NCBI GenBank assembly: GCA_030536665.1
Contig: JAUNPO010000002.1
Span: 1-56,677 of the forward strand
DNA: 56,677 nt
Source of the DNA: Pseudomonadota bacterium
Lineage (GTDB): Bacteria > Pseudomonadota > Alphaproteobacteria > RF32 > CAG-239
Reading direction: 5' to 3'
Of the stretch, positions 20,011 to 28,570 are shown piece after piece. The notes under the pieces were generated by a model. That model saw nothing but the letters and a program-made list of their open reading frames with translations. It searched no databases and was not told the DNA's origin. A program made the position numbers and the translations under genes. Every line of letters starts with the position of its first letter. The stretch's first letter is position 1.

Positions 20011-21134
20011 AAATAATCCTCCGGATGGACTTCGTCAATCTGTTCCGGGGAAACATACTGTTCGGCGTATTCTTTGTAGACTTCGTTGGAAATGAAGACA
20101 CGATATAAGTCAGGGTCAATATGGCCGGTATCTTTCATGTTTTTCATAATTGTCAGGACTTCGCTCAATTTTTTCGGTTCTTTATACGGGCGGTCGTTGG
20201 AGGTCAGAGCCTCAAAAATATCAGCGATGGCCATGATTTTGGCCGGGATGGACATCTGGTCACCGGTCAGGCCGTAAGGATAGCCTTTGCCGTCGATGCG
20301 TTCATGGTGAGCCCCGGCATATTCAACAACGTTGGCGAGTTCTTTGGGGAAGTGGATGGCCTTGAGCATGTCTATTGTCACAACAATGTGTTCGTTAATC
20401 TTGGCGCGTTCTTCCTTATTGATTGTACCGCTGCGAATTTCAAGATTATACAGCTCGCCGTGGTTATATCCTTTGAAGATATGGTCTTCACGGTCTTGGA
20501 GCAGGTTTTCAACGCCCGGTTTCTGATAGAGGTCAAGATTGGTGATATTATCTCTTTCAGCCCAGGACAAGCCTTTGGTTCTGTCAAAATAACGGGTGAA
20601 CTTGATTTTTGCGATTTTTTCAAGGCGGATAATGTCGGCGTCGGTAATCGGAATATCTCCGGTGTTGCAACGGGCGATAAAGTCAAAATCACTTTCCAAA
20701 TCTTTTACTTTGTTAACGAATTCGCTTTGCAGGTTTTGTTGCGTATCGACGTTTGCCAGACGCTTTTTCAGATATTCAATATGCGCGTCGCGGCGCAGAA
20801 TTTCAAAGCGGTCGCGAATTTCGTGAATGCGGTTGTAGATGGTTTCCAGTTTGGTGGCTTTGTCAACGATGTATTCCGGTGTGGTAACTTTTCCGCAGTC
20901 GTGCAGCCAAGAGGCAATATTGAGAGAATACCAGTCGTCACGGCTCATTTCAAAGTCTTTTAACGGTCCGGTTTCTTCCTGAACGGCGGCGGTGGTCAAC
21001 ATTCTGGCGATTACCGGGACGCGCTGGCAATGGGCGCCGGTATAAGGAGATTTGGCGTCAATGGCGCGCGCCAGAACTTCAATGAATGATTCCAAAAGCT
21101 GGTTATAGGCTGCGCTGTATTTGCGATTTTCCAA
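20007..21134 (-). CDS. HD-GYP domain phosphohydrolase, C-terminal part of a frameshifted GAF/HD-GYP gene
   Basis: HDCGK and HHERIDGKGYPYGL motifs. The TTG at 21134 is an internal Leu: this frame stays open up to 21416 and reads GAF-like sequence there (IYASTDFDNSISKWFDQEYNYRIVSCLTLPILN). Confidence 0.85.
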   Translation of the reverse strand: MENRKYSAAYNQLLESFIEVLARAIDAKSPYTGAHCQRVPVIARMLTTAAVQEETGPLKDFEMSRDDWYSLNIASWLHDCGKVTTPEYIVDKATKLETIYNRIHEIRDRFEILRRDAHIEYLKKRLANVDTQQNLQSEFVNKVKDLESDFDFIARCNTGDIPITDADIIRLEKIAKIKFTRYFDRTKGLSWAERDNITNLDLYQKPGVENLLQDREDHIFKGYNHGELYNLEIRSGTINKEERAKINEHIVVTIDMLKAIHFPKELANVVEYAGAHHERIDGKGYPYGLTGDQMSIPAKIMAIADIFEALTSNDRPYKEPKKLSEVLTIMKNMKDTGHIDPDLYRVFISNEVYKEYAEQYVSPEQIDEVHPEDYL

Positions 21135-21277
21135 GACGAGGCCGGCTAGGCTGCAGATAGCTTGTGTGAATCTTTGGACTTCCGGTGTGAAAGAGATGGT
21201 TTTGCCGTTGTCGTCTTTGGCATTGAAAAACTGGGCAATACTGATGATATTTTTTTTGCGGTTTAAAATCGGCAGAG

Positions 21278-21685
21278 TCAGGCAGGAAACGATACGGTAG
21301 TTGTATTCCTGGTCAAACCATTTGGAAATGGAATTGTCAAAGTCAGTGGAGGCATAAATGTGTTTATCAGTTCGTGATTGAGGGCGCTGGTTTCCGCCAG
21401 TGATTTGAGTTCTTTGTTACGCAGATCAGGTATATAAACGGTGGGATAAATCGTCATGTTGTCACTGCCGCTTTTATCAAAGCCCAAGCTGTCAACGTGC
21501 GTGTATTCCAAGCTCAGGAAGTCGTCATCATTGATGATGTACAGGAGATAGCCGTCCGCATTGCAGACAGACTGAGCAAACTCAATAATCCTTTTTACGG
21601 CGACTTTGTAGTCTTTCTCCGCAAGAATAAAATTATTAAGCTCCAAAAGATTTGTCAGCGTTGAACTACTATTAATACCAGCCAA
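21278..21685 (-). pseudogene. N-terminal GAF-domain fragment of the same gene, in a different frame
   Basis: The first 113 or so residues read like the N-terminal half of a GAF domain (ADGYLLYIINDDDFLSLEY...). The tail after ALNHELIN is junk (TFMPPLTLTIPFPNGLTRNTTTVSFPA). Confidence 0.7.
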
Positions 21686-21778
21686 TTTTTTTCTTCCTCA
21701 TAACTTAATTATGCCCGTCAGCTTAACTTAATTTTATTAATATTTAATCAACAAAACGAACAACGGAAGAAATTTTAA

Positions 21779-22888
21779 TCAGTTGATTTTTGAGATTAAA
21801 TATTCAATATCTCGCGGATCCAATTCTTCTTCGGCGTTTCCGTATGACAAAATCCGCTCAATAACTTTATGTGCAAAAGTTTGGTTACTGTTGTTTTTCA
21901 AGTCAAAACGGATGTCTTTAATAACATTTAGGGCGCTGAACACCGCAGGGAAAAGGTTTTTGGGGATGAAAGCCTTTCTGAGCAGATTGCGAATGACAAA
22001 GTCGACCTGTGTGTTGAACAGGATTTTTCTGACTTCTGTTATCGGGGTGTTTGACAAGTAAACAATCGCGTATTCGAAAAATTTCAAATCGCCCATGCAG
22101 ATGGAACGAACGACCAAAGATGGTGTCAATTTGTTTGACGTATATAATTCGTGCACAAGCTCTTCAATCTGTTTGTCCGAACTGTATTCGGCAGAAACGC
22201 GCAGGGTTGCTTTTTCTTTTACCTGTTCGACAATATCCGAGGCGATGTTATTCGGCAGGTTATGTGTCATAATCAGGCGTTTTTGCAATTCCTCGGACAG
22301 GGAATTGATGATTTTACTGATAACGGTTACCGGAAGTTCGGAGCGATATACCAGGCAGCGCTTGACGTTTTCGCTTTCAGAATATTTGTTGACGATATTT
22401 TGATATGTGTTTTCATAAATATTGGCCGAGTTGTTGGAAATGAGGGTGACAACAACGTCTTCGGGGCATTTGTCAACAATATAAGCTGAAATTTCGTTAG
22501 ACAGGTTGTGGCGCTGGGCGACGGCTTTTTGTTTGTCGATGTTTTGGGCATTTAAGATATCTATCAGCTCTTTATTAGTCAGCCCCTGATAATATTTGAT
22601 GAACGGAATGGAAATGCTGTTTTCGTCGTTAATCAGTTTGATGACCAAATCCTGAGGTACTTCTTTGGTGTTTTTCAGGCATTCGGCAAGAATTTGGCGT
22701 ACTTTGACTTCAACGTCTTCCACCATAATACGGAAGATGTCCTCGGCCAGTTTTCTTTCGCGCAGGGTAATGTTAGGCGAACTGTATAAGGAAGATAATT
22801 TTTGCACCGTAGAAATTTTATTTTCGGCAGAACGGCTGGCTGAAAGTCTGACAACATCTTCCCTTGATAATTGTTTATTATTCTGCAT
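21779..22888 (-). CDS. DUF2336 domain-containing protein
   Basis: 369-aa helical-repeat protein. LAEDIFRIMVEDVEVKVRQILAECLK resembles the DUF2336 signature recalled from alphaproteobacteria. Confidence 0.65.
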   Translation of the reverse strand: MQNNKQLSREDVVRLSASRSAENKISTVQKLSSLYSSPNITLRERKLAEDIFRIMVEDVEVKVRQILAECLKNTKEVPQDLVIKLINDENSISIPFIKYYQGLTNKELIDILNAQNIDKQKAVAQRHNLSNEISAYIVDKCPEDVVVTLISNNSANIYENTYQNIVNKYSESENVKRCLVYRSELPVTVISKIINSLSEELQKRLIMTHNLPNNIASDIVEQVKEKATLRVSAEYSSDKQIEELVHELYTSNKLTPSLVVRSICMGDLKFFEYAIVYLSNTPITEVRKILFNTQVDFVIRNLLRKAFIPKNLFPAVFSALNVIKDIRFDLKNNSNQTFAHKVIERILSYGNAEEELDPRDIEYLISKIN

Positions 22889-22991
22889 TTTTTTATTCCG
22901 CTTGTTATCCTGTTTCTATAATATAATAAATTTGTTATAATGTTTCATTAATTTTTTGTGACAATTACAAAAATTGTGGATTCCAGGGCGT

Positions 22992-23864
22992 TTAATGGGC
23001 TAAAGCAGCGTTTCTGTCGAGTTGATCCAGTTGGGAAAAAGTTATCGTATAGTCAAGAAGACCGGTAAAATTGGGTAAATCGGAGGCAAAAATCAGATAA
23101 GGCGCCAGAAATTTGCCGTTGGGTTGCTGGTTTTTATCAAGCAGCATTTGGCGCATTTCCCTGAATTCCTGATAATCGACATTGGAATTCAGCTTTAAGG
23201 CATAGTCCGCCATGGCGGTGTAGAGCGAGGGGTAAATTCTGATACGGTAAGAATCGTCTTCTTTTTCGTCCTCGGGTTTTAGTCCTTCATCGCTGTACCA
23301 GTTTAATTCGCGGTAGAGGTTGTTGGAGGGCGGCAGGAACTTTGCCTGTCCCCAGTTGGTGTTTATGGCGGCAATCGCCAGAAACAGCGAAGGGGGAACG
23401 GCGTTTATCCGCAGTTTGAGCTGCTTGAGGAGTATGGCGTAGCGGCGGTGTCCCTGCATCGGGGTGGAAACGTCATATTTAAGCGCCAGTTTTTCGATGA
23501 TTGCTTCGTCTGCGGCGTCAAGGCTGTCCTCAGCGAATTTGTGCAGCAGGTAAATGACGACTTTTCGTTCTTTTTCAAGTTCTGCGTTGACCTTCAGAGC
23601 CAGCGGCGCCAAAATTCTGAAAAAGAGGTCTTGTTTTTGTTTTTCAGGCAAATCCGCGCCGAATTTTTCGGGGATGTTTTGAATGAAAATCTGTGGAAAA
23701 TTCTCTCCTGAAGGCAGAAGGTAAGTCTTGTAGTTTTGTTTTTGGAAGATTTTTTCGATTTGCGCCGTGTTGTCCGCTTTTATAAATGTTTCAGCCTGAA
23801 CCGCCGCCGGCCAGAAGGCGGCAGCCGCCAGAAAAAACAATTTGACAAGCGCTTTATTCTTCAT
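22992..23864 (-). CDS. secreted Bax-like / glucosaminidase-domain protein
   Basis: Signal peptide ending AVQA. LAIAAINTNWGQAKFLPPSNNLYRE resembles the glucosaminidase/Bax core (..ESGWG.S.....NNLFG). The match is divergent. Confidence 0.5.
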   Translation of the reverse strand: MKNKALVKLFFLAAAAFWPAAVQAETFIKADNTAQIEKIFQKQNYKTYLLPSGENFPQIFIQNIPEKFGADLPEKQKQDLFFRILAPLALKVNAELEKERKVVIYLLHKFAEDSLDAADEAIIEKLALKYDVSTPMQGHRRYAILLKQLKLRINAVPPSLFLAIAAINTNWGQAKFLPPSNNLYRELNWYSDEGLKPEDEKEDDSYRIRIYPSLYTAMADYALKLNSNVDYQEFREMRQMLLDKNQQPNGKFLAPYLIFASDLPNFTGLLDYTITFSQLDQLDRNAALAH

Positions 23865-24393
23865 AGTTTTCGACAGATTTGACTTCCGGTATGTAGGTTT
23901 TTATGACTTTTTCGACGCCTTCTTTCAGGGTGCGCAGCGCATAAGGGCAACCGGCGCAGGCGCCGCACATTTCGACATAAACAATGCCGTCAACATATTT
24001 TCTGAATACGATGTCGCCGCCGTCCTGTTTTACAGCCGGGCGAATGCGGGCGTCAAGCAGACCGTGAATTTTTTGAATGATTTCTTCATCAGTCGTTGTT
24101 TCATTGTTGTCAATGACCGCTTCTTCTCCGGTGGCCAGATAATCCATGATTTCCGCCAGAATCAGCGGTTTTAAGTCTTCCCATGAGGCTGTGGCGTCTT
24201 TGGTGACTGACACCATATCCGCAGTGATGAAAACGGATTTTATGCTGCCGAGGTCGAAAATCTGTTCCGCCAGCGGGGATTTGCGGATGGTTTTGGCATC
24301 GGCAAATTCGGCCTGGCTTTTTTTCATCAGCGGTTTGTCCGGGAAAAAATTGATGACGTCGGCATCCGGCGTGTTTTGAGTTTCAATGAGCAT
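23854..24393 (-). CDS. NifU/Nfu-type Fe-S cluster scaffold (Nfu_N plus NifU C-terminal domain)
   Basis: 179 aa. CGACAGCPYALRTLKEGVE CxxC motif, with an N-terminal Nfu_N-like domain (TPDADVINFFPD). Confidence 0.85.
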   Translation of the reverse strand: MLIETQNTPDADVINFFPDKPLMKKSQAEFADAKTIRKSPLAEQIFDLGSIKSVFITADMVSVTKDATASWEDLKPLILAEIMDYLATGEEAVIDNNETTTDEEIIQKIHGLLDARIRPAVKQDGGDIVFRKYVDGIVYVEMCGACAGCPYALRTLKEGVEKVIKTYIPEVKSVENYEE

Positions 24394-24395
24394 TT

Positions 24396-25418
24396 TTAAT
24401 CCTTGTCTTGCGGGAGTTGGTTAGATATTTTGAGCATCAGCAGCCTGGCTTTCAGAATATGACCGTTCAGGTAAGCCAGGTGGTTGGGGGCAGTCAGACT
24501 GTCCGGTTCGCCGTTGCGGACAATCAGGGGTGCAATGTGCGCGGCTTCCTGCAAGGCCGAAAGCATGACGGTCCAGTTTTCGTATTGTCCGGCGGCGACG
24601 ATGATTTCCTTATAATCGCGGCCGATGGCCTGCAATTCCAAAAATGCGGCGTAGGCTTTTCCCCGGTTGAAGTAAAAGACGTTGTCTGCTTTGCCGTCAA
24701 ACCAGCTTGAGCTGAATTCGCGAATCTGCTTTTCAAGGTCGAGGTTGGCGCGTTTCAGATTGCCGCCGGTCAAGGCCAATATGGTTTTTAAATCGCCGGC
24801 GCGGGGCGTGAAAACGATGATTCCGGCCGACAGCGCCTGATTGTATTTGTTCAGCTGACGGATGGCCCGGCGGTATTGTTTGGTTGAAGAGGGCGCAGGG
24901 ACGAGATTGTTTTCAAGAGAGAACAGCCAGACCGTTCCCGGATATTGCAGCATTTCCACGGCGGTATCAAGGCGGTTGGGCTTGTTTTCGCCGGCTGGCA
25001 GCGGCGGCATGACGCGGCTGAGCGCCAGAGCCGTGTTGGCGGCAGTATTTATCATTCCGAGCTGAAAGCTGGGCATATTGTCAAGAAAATATGAAGGGAA
25101 AAAGAACGGCAGGTTGGGGGTCCACAGTTTGTCGTTGACTTCCCTGTTGACAATATATGACGTTGTGGCGATTGTTGCGGATTGTTTTGGGTCGGACAAA
25201 GGGATTTCATAGTCGGTATTGGTATCAATATCGTTGATTATCCAGCCGCCGAGAGGATAATAGAGGCAGATGACGGTAATTGCCGTCACGGTGACGATAT
25301 GCCACCAGGATTTTAAAAAGAAAACCAAGGCGTTGATGGGCTTAATCTTCATCAACGAACTGTTTTTCAGCCATTTTTTTAGTTTTGAAAACAGGGCGGA
25401 CAGCGGCTTGTCAAACAT
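24396..25418 (-). CDS. DUF2333-like membrane-anchored protein
   Basis: One N-terminal TM segment. FLDNMPSFQLG, ADNVFYFNRGKAYA and NHLAYLNGHILKA resemble DUF2333 as I recall it. The ATG at 25418 (AAGGA upstream) is preferred over the TTG at 25439. Confidence 0.55.
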   Translation of the reverse strand: MFDKPLSALFSKLKKWLKNSSLMKIKPINALVFFLKSWWHIVTVTAITVICLYYPLGGWIINDIDTNTDYEIPLSDPKQSATIATTSYIVNREVNDKLWTPNLPFFFPSYFLDNMPSFQLGMINTAANTALALSRVMPPLPAGENKPNRLDTAVEMLQYPGTVWLFSLENNLVPAPSSTKQYRRAIRQLNKYNQALSAGIIVFTPRAGDLKTILALTGGNLKRANLDLEKQIREFSSSWFDGKADNVFYFNRGKAYAAFLELQAIGRDYKEIIVAAGQYENWTVMLSALQEAAHIAPLIVRNGEPDSLTAPNHLAYLNGHILKARLLMLKISNQLPQDKD

Positions 25419-26994
25419 TCTTTTTTCCTTTTTTGGCAAAAACTTTAAGGATTTCGTTATAATCCACGGCTCCTGTTAGTTTAGCCATAATGCCGAAAGT
25501 TGCAACACCCAAAATGCATAATCCGCTTAAAAGGGCGATTTTTTTCATGAAAGCGAGATGCAGCCAGTTGCCGTAACGGGCATTCAGCGCCGTTTCTCCC
25601 AGGTAAATAGCCGCGGCCATAACCAGAGAGGACAGGGTTATCATCAGAAGCCGGCGTTTCAGCGCGGGACTGAACGTCCAGTAACCGCGTTTTTTCAGGC
25701 CATAGACATATTGTCCGTAGGAAACAAAGGCGGCAATGGTGGTCGCCGAAGCCACGCCGACGTGTCCGAAAGGCTTCATCAGCAGCAGGGAGAAGCCGAT
25801 ATTGGCGGCAAAAACGACGATACTGTATTTTACCGGCGTCCGGGTGTCGCCGCGGGCAAAAAAGTTTGGCGTCAAAGCCTTAACCAGCACATAGACGGGG
25901 AGGCCGACCGAATAGGCGATGACGGCGCGTGCGGTCATGGTTGTTTCCAATGCGCCGAATTTGCCGTGTTGAAACAGGATGTTGATTACCGGGACCGCCA
26001 GAACAATCAGGGCAAAAGCCGCGGGAATTGCAAAGAGGGCGCCGTACTCGACGGCATTGTCCTGTACGCGGCGAGCCTCGCTTGAATTTCCGGCCTTTAT
26101 CTGTTTGGACAGTATCGGCAGGAGGGCAACGCTTATGGCGGCGCCGATGACGCCCAGCGGGAGCTGTTGCAGACGGTTGGCATAGTAAAGCCAGGAAATG
26201 GCGCCGGTTCCGACGAGAGAAACGATAATTGTGTCGACCATCATGTTTATCTGGTAAATTCCGGCGCCGAGCACGCCGGGGGCAATGCGCCGGAACAGGG
26301 TTTTTATTTCGGCAGAGCGGCATAACGTCAGGATGTTGAAATGGGCGCGGACGGCGGCGCCGGCTTTCTTTAAAAACCAGCCGAGCCAGATGATTTCAAT
26401 CAGCCCGGCGAGGGTGACGCTGACCGAGAGGTTGTAGGCCGGGGTGTTGATAAACGGGAAATAAACAAAAACCGCGCCGGCCATCATCAGGTTGAGGATT
26501 ACCGGAGCGGCGGCAGGAGCGGCGAAACGGTTCAGGGCATTTAAAATTCCCGACTGGAAGGACACAACGGAAACAAAAAGCAGAAAGGGAAAAGTTATGC
26601 GGGACAGGTCGACCGTCAGGCTGAATTTTTCGGGATCGCTCATGAAGCCCGGCGCCATAAGGGCGACCAGCTGCGGCATGAAGATTTCAACAACAAGGAC
26701 AAAGAAGAGCAGGAAAAAGACCAGCACGGAAATGGCCTTGGAAGCAAAGTCAAAAGCCGAATCTTCTCCCTCCGCAACCATTTTTTGAGAGAGGAGAGGG
26801 ACAAAAGCGCTGGTAAACGCCCCTTCGGCAAACAGGCTGCGGAACAGGTTGGGGAGTTTGAAAGCAACAAAAAAGGCATCGGCAACTGCGCCGGCGCCCA
26901 GAAAACCGGCAAGCAGCATATCTCTGACGAAACCGGTGATTCTGCTGACCAGCGTAAAACCGCCGAATGTGGCTACGGATTTGAACAATGACAT
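25411..26994 (-). CDS. murJ: lipid II flippase MurJ
   Basis: N-terminus SRITGFVRDMLLAGFLGAGAVADAFFVAFKLPNLFRSLFAEGAF, 527 aa, about 14 TM segments. Confidence 0.95.
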   Translation of the reverse strand: MSLFKSVATFGGFTLVSRITGFVRDMLLAGFLGAGAVADAFFVAFKLPNLFRSLFAEGAFTSAFVPLLSQKMVAEGEDSAFDFASKAISVLVFFLLFFVLVVEIFMPQLVALMAPGFMSDPEKFSLTVDLSRITFPFLLFVSVVSFQSGILNALNRFAAPAAAPVILNLMMAGAVFVYFPFINTPAYNLSVSVTLAGLIEIIWLGWFLKKAGAAVRAHFNILTLCRSAEIKTLFRRIAPGVLGAGIYQINMMVDTIIVSLVGTGAISWLYYANRLQQLPLGVIGAAISVALLPILSKQIKAGNSSEARRVQDNAVEYGALFAIPAAFALIVLAVPVINILFQHGKFGALETTMTARAVIAYSVGLPVYVLVKALTPNFFARGDTRTPVKYSIVVFAANIGFSLLLMKPFGHVGVASATTIAAFVSYGQYVYGLKKRGYWTFSPALKRRLLMITLSSLVMAAAIYLGETALNARYGNWLHLAFMKKIALLSGLCILGVATFGIMAKLTGAVDYNEILKVFAKKGKKNV

Positions 26995-27127
26995 GTTTTA
27001 TTCCACAAATTTGCTTTTTTTTCGATAAATTAATTTTTCTTTATTGAATTAATCATATAATGCAATATAAATAAACACAATAAGTTAAAATATTTATGAA
27101 TTTGTTATCTTTTTGCGCTTTTATATG

Positions 27128-27156
27128 TTGACAAAGGTAATTTTTGTTGCGATAAT
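27128..27156 (+). promoter_or_regulatory. near-consensus sigma70-type promoter (TTGACA-17 nt-GATAAT)
   Basis: TTGACA at 27128-27133, a 17-nt spacer, GATAAT at 27151-27156, in an AT-rich intergenic region. Confidence 0.6.
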
Positions 27157-27202
27157 AGACAAAAGAAAGAAAAATAATAAAAATAAATTTAGGAGAAGCG
27201 TT

Positions 27203-27562
27203 ATGTCTAATTTAACAAAAGAAAATACCGGCAAGGTATTCAGACGGGGGGAAGCGCGAAAGTTCTTTTCTGCCGGCGGAACGTCAATTTTGGCAACACA
27301 GAATGTAAAGGCAGCACAGGCTCAACGAGAATATATCTCTAATAAAGTTTTGTCGACTAACGGCAAAGGCTGGATTGGTGAGTTGCGTCTTGCTGATGAG
27401 AGCAAGTCTTTAATTACAAACAAGGCTATTTCCAAAAATCAGCATCTGAGCAGCGGCGAAATGTCTTATGTTGCTCAGGAAGATGCAGAGCGTGCAGTTA
27501 AAGCTGCTGATTTTGAAGTTCAGCAGGCTGCTATTTTGGCAAGAACCGGAAAGGAAATGTAA
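27203..27562 (+). CDS. hypothetical protein (119 aa)
   Basis: ATG at 27203 preceded by AGGAGAAG. It has its own promoter and terminator. The TTG start at 27113 in the ORF track lies upstream of the promoter. No motif recognised. Confidence 0.65.
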   Translation: MSNLTKENTGKVFRRGEARKFFSAGGTSILATQNVKAAQAQREYISNKVLSTNGKGWIGELRLADESKSLITNKAISKNQHLSSGEMSYVAQEDAERAVKAADFEVQQAAILARTGKEM

Positions 27563-27611
27563 CCGCCAAAAAACAAAAGTTATTTATTAGGGCATAACTT
27601 CTTGATTTTAT

Positions 27612-27645
27612 AAAACGGGATGTGGAAAAACATTCCGTTTTTTTG
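27612..27645 (+). terminator. intrinsic terminator
   Basis: AACGGGATG (27614-27622) pairs with CATTCCGTT (27631-27639) with one G-U pair, then a T-run. Confidence 0.75.
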
Positions 27646-27686
27646 TTTCTGTTATGCGCAGGGGGAAGTTGACGGCGGATTTTTTA

Positions 27687-27714
27687 TTGAAATTTGAAAA
27701 AGAGGCTGTATACT
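27687..27714 (+). promoter_or_regulatory. sigma70-type promoter (TTGAAA-16 nt-TATACT)
   Basis: TTGAAA at 27687-27692, a 16-nt spacer, TATACT at 27709-27714. Confidence 0.55.
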
Positions 27715-27720
27715 CTGTTT

Positions 27721-27989
27721 CAGACAACGGGATTTCCCATTGTTTAGCGCCATGTGGCGCGGGGGTGTCATAGCCCTTTTGTAACACGGTGTCTGATATA
27801 AACACCGACAACGATGCTCTTGTTGAAAGAAGTCGTTTTATATCCCCGGCCTATGGTCGGGGAGCTTTCAGCGTATGTTCAGAAACTTCTCGGCTTGCCG
27901 TTGCGGTTTTAAAGGCTGAAATATCATTTTTGTTACAAATGATCTATGACCTTCCCGACCACCTAGTGCTGTCACTGGTGGTTTTTTTT
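27721..27989 (+). ncRNA. candidate structured RNA of about 270 nt (sRNA or 5' leader/attenuator of the XRE gene)
   Basis: Bounded by the promoter above and an intrinsic terminator. Contains several hand-foldable stem-loops. No convincing protein-coding frame. No family assignment possible by eye. Confidence 0.4.
27959..27989 (+). terminator. intrinsic terminator 23 nt upstream of the XRE start codon
   Basis: CCACC(T)AGTG (27959-27968), loop CTGT, CACTGGTGG (27973-27981), then T8 (27982-27989). Confidence 0.7.
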
Positions 27990-28012
27990 ATCTTAAATAC
28001 AGAGGAAAGAGC

Positions 28013-28510
28013 ATGAAACAGGAAGGGCAAAAATCTAAAATAACCAAGATGAAAACCGGCAGTTCCCGTGGGCGGACACCTGAGGGCAAGCCGAATCCGA
28101 TAGATGTTTTTGTCGGCAAGAAACTGCGGCAGCGGCGTCTGTCGCTGGGAATAAGCCTGGAACAGCTGGCAGCGCAGATGGGTATGACGTTTCAGCAGCT
28201 GCGGAAATATGAATGCGGCGCCAATCGTATCAGCGCCAGCAGGTTGTGGGATTTGGCCGGGGAATTGGACGTGTCCATTGATTTCTTTTTTGAGGGAATG
28301 GATGCGGAAACCGCCAGCCTGTCGCCGCGGCGTTTTAGCCCATGGTATGAACGGGCGGCGGAATTTGAACGTTTTTTGGAAAATATACACGACCCGATGT
28401 TGAAAAAAGAAACGGGGGAACTGGTGCAGGCATATTATGAAATTAATGATCGCGATGTTGCCTTGTCGCTGCGGGAATTGATCTCGGCAATGGCGCGGGC
28501 GACGGCGTAA
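28013..28510 (+). CDS. XRE-family helix-turn-helix transcriptional regulator
   Basis: PNPIDVFVGKKLRQRRLSLGISLEQLAAQMGMTFQQLRKYECGANRISASRLWDLAGELDVSIDFFF is a Cro/C1-type HTH of the form common in alphaproteobacteria. Shine-Dalgarno GAGGAAAG. Confidence 0.9.
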   Translation: MKQEGQKSKITKMKTGSSRGRTPEGKPNPIDVFVGKKLRQRRLSLGISLEQLAAQMGMTFQQLRKYECGANRISASRLWDLAGELDVSIDFFFEGMDAETASLSPRRFSPWYERAAEFERFLENIHDPMLKKETGELVQAYYEINDRDVALSLRELISAMARATA

Positions 28511-28529
28511 AAGAAAATTAGGCAAAAAA

Positions 28530-28567
28530 ACAAGTGCGGGCTTTGTCGGCCGGCACTTGTTTTTTTT
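28530..28567. terminator. bidirectional intrinsic terminator
   Basis: A-run, ACAAGTGC (28530-28537) pairing with GCACTTGT (28553-28560), then T7. Sits between convergent genes. Confidence 0.7.
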
Positions 28568-28570
28568 AGG

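Noticed and set aside
27721-27989. Possibility that the structured region is a known housekeeping RNA: two-piece alphaproteobacterial tmRNA, 6S RNA, RNase P RNA or SRP RNA.
   Set aside because: It has no GGTTCGA T-loop or CCA acceptor end. No ANDN...LAA-type tag frame ends in a stop. There is no GAGGAAAGUCC-type RNase P box and no SRP GGAA/AGCA domain IV motif. The 5' and 3' ends do not pair into a 6S-like rod. It is kept only as an unclassified candidate.
27789-28016. 75-aa ORF (GTG start) from the ORF track that covers the leader.
   Set aside because: It has no Shine-Dalgarno sequence and starts inside a stem-loop. It runs through several hairpins and the terminator, and its composition is unremarkable. 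Only the distal 25 codons from the ATG at 27939 are considered, as a possible regulatory uORF.
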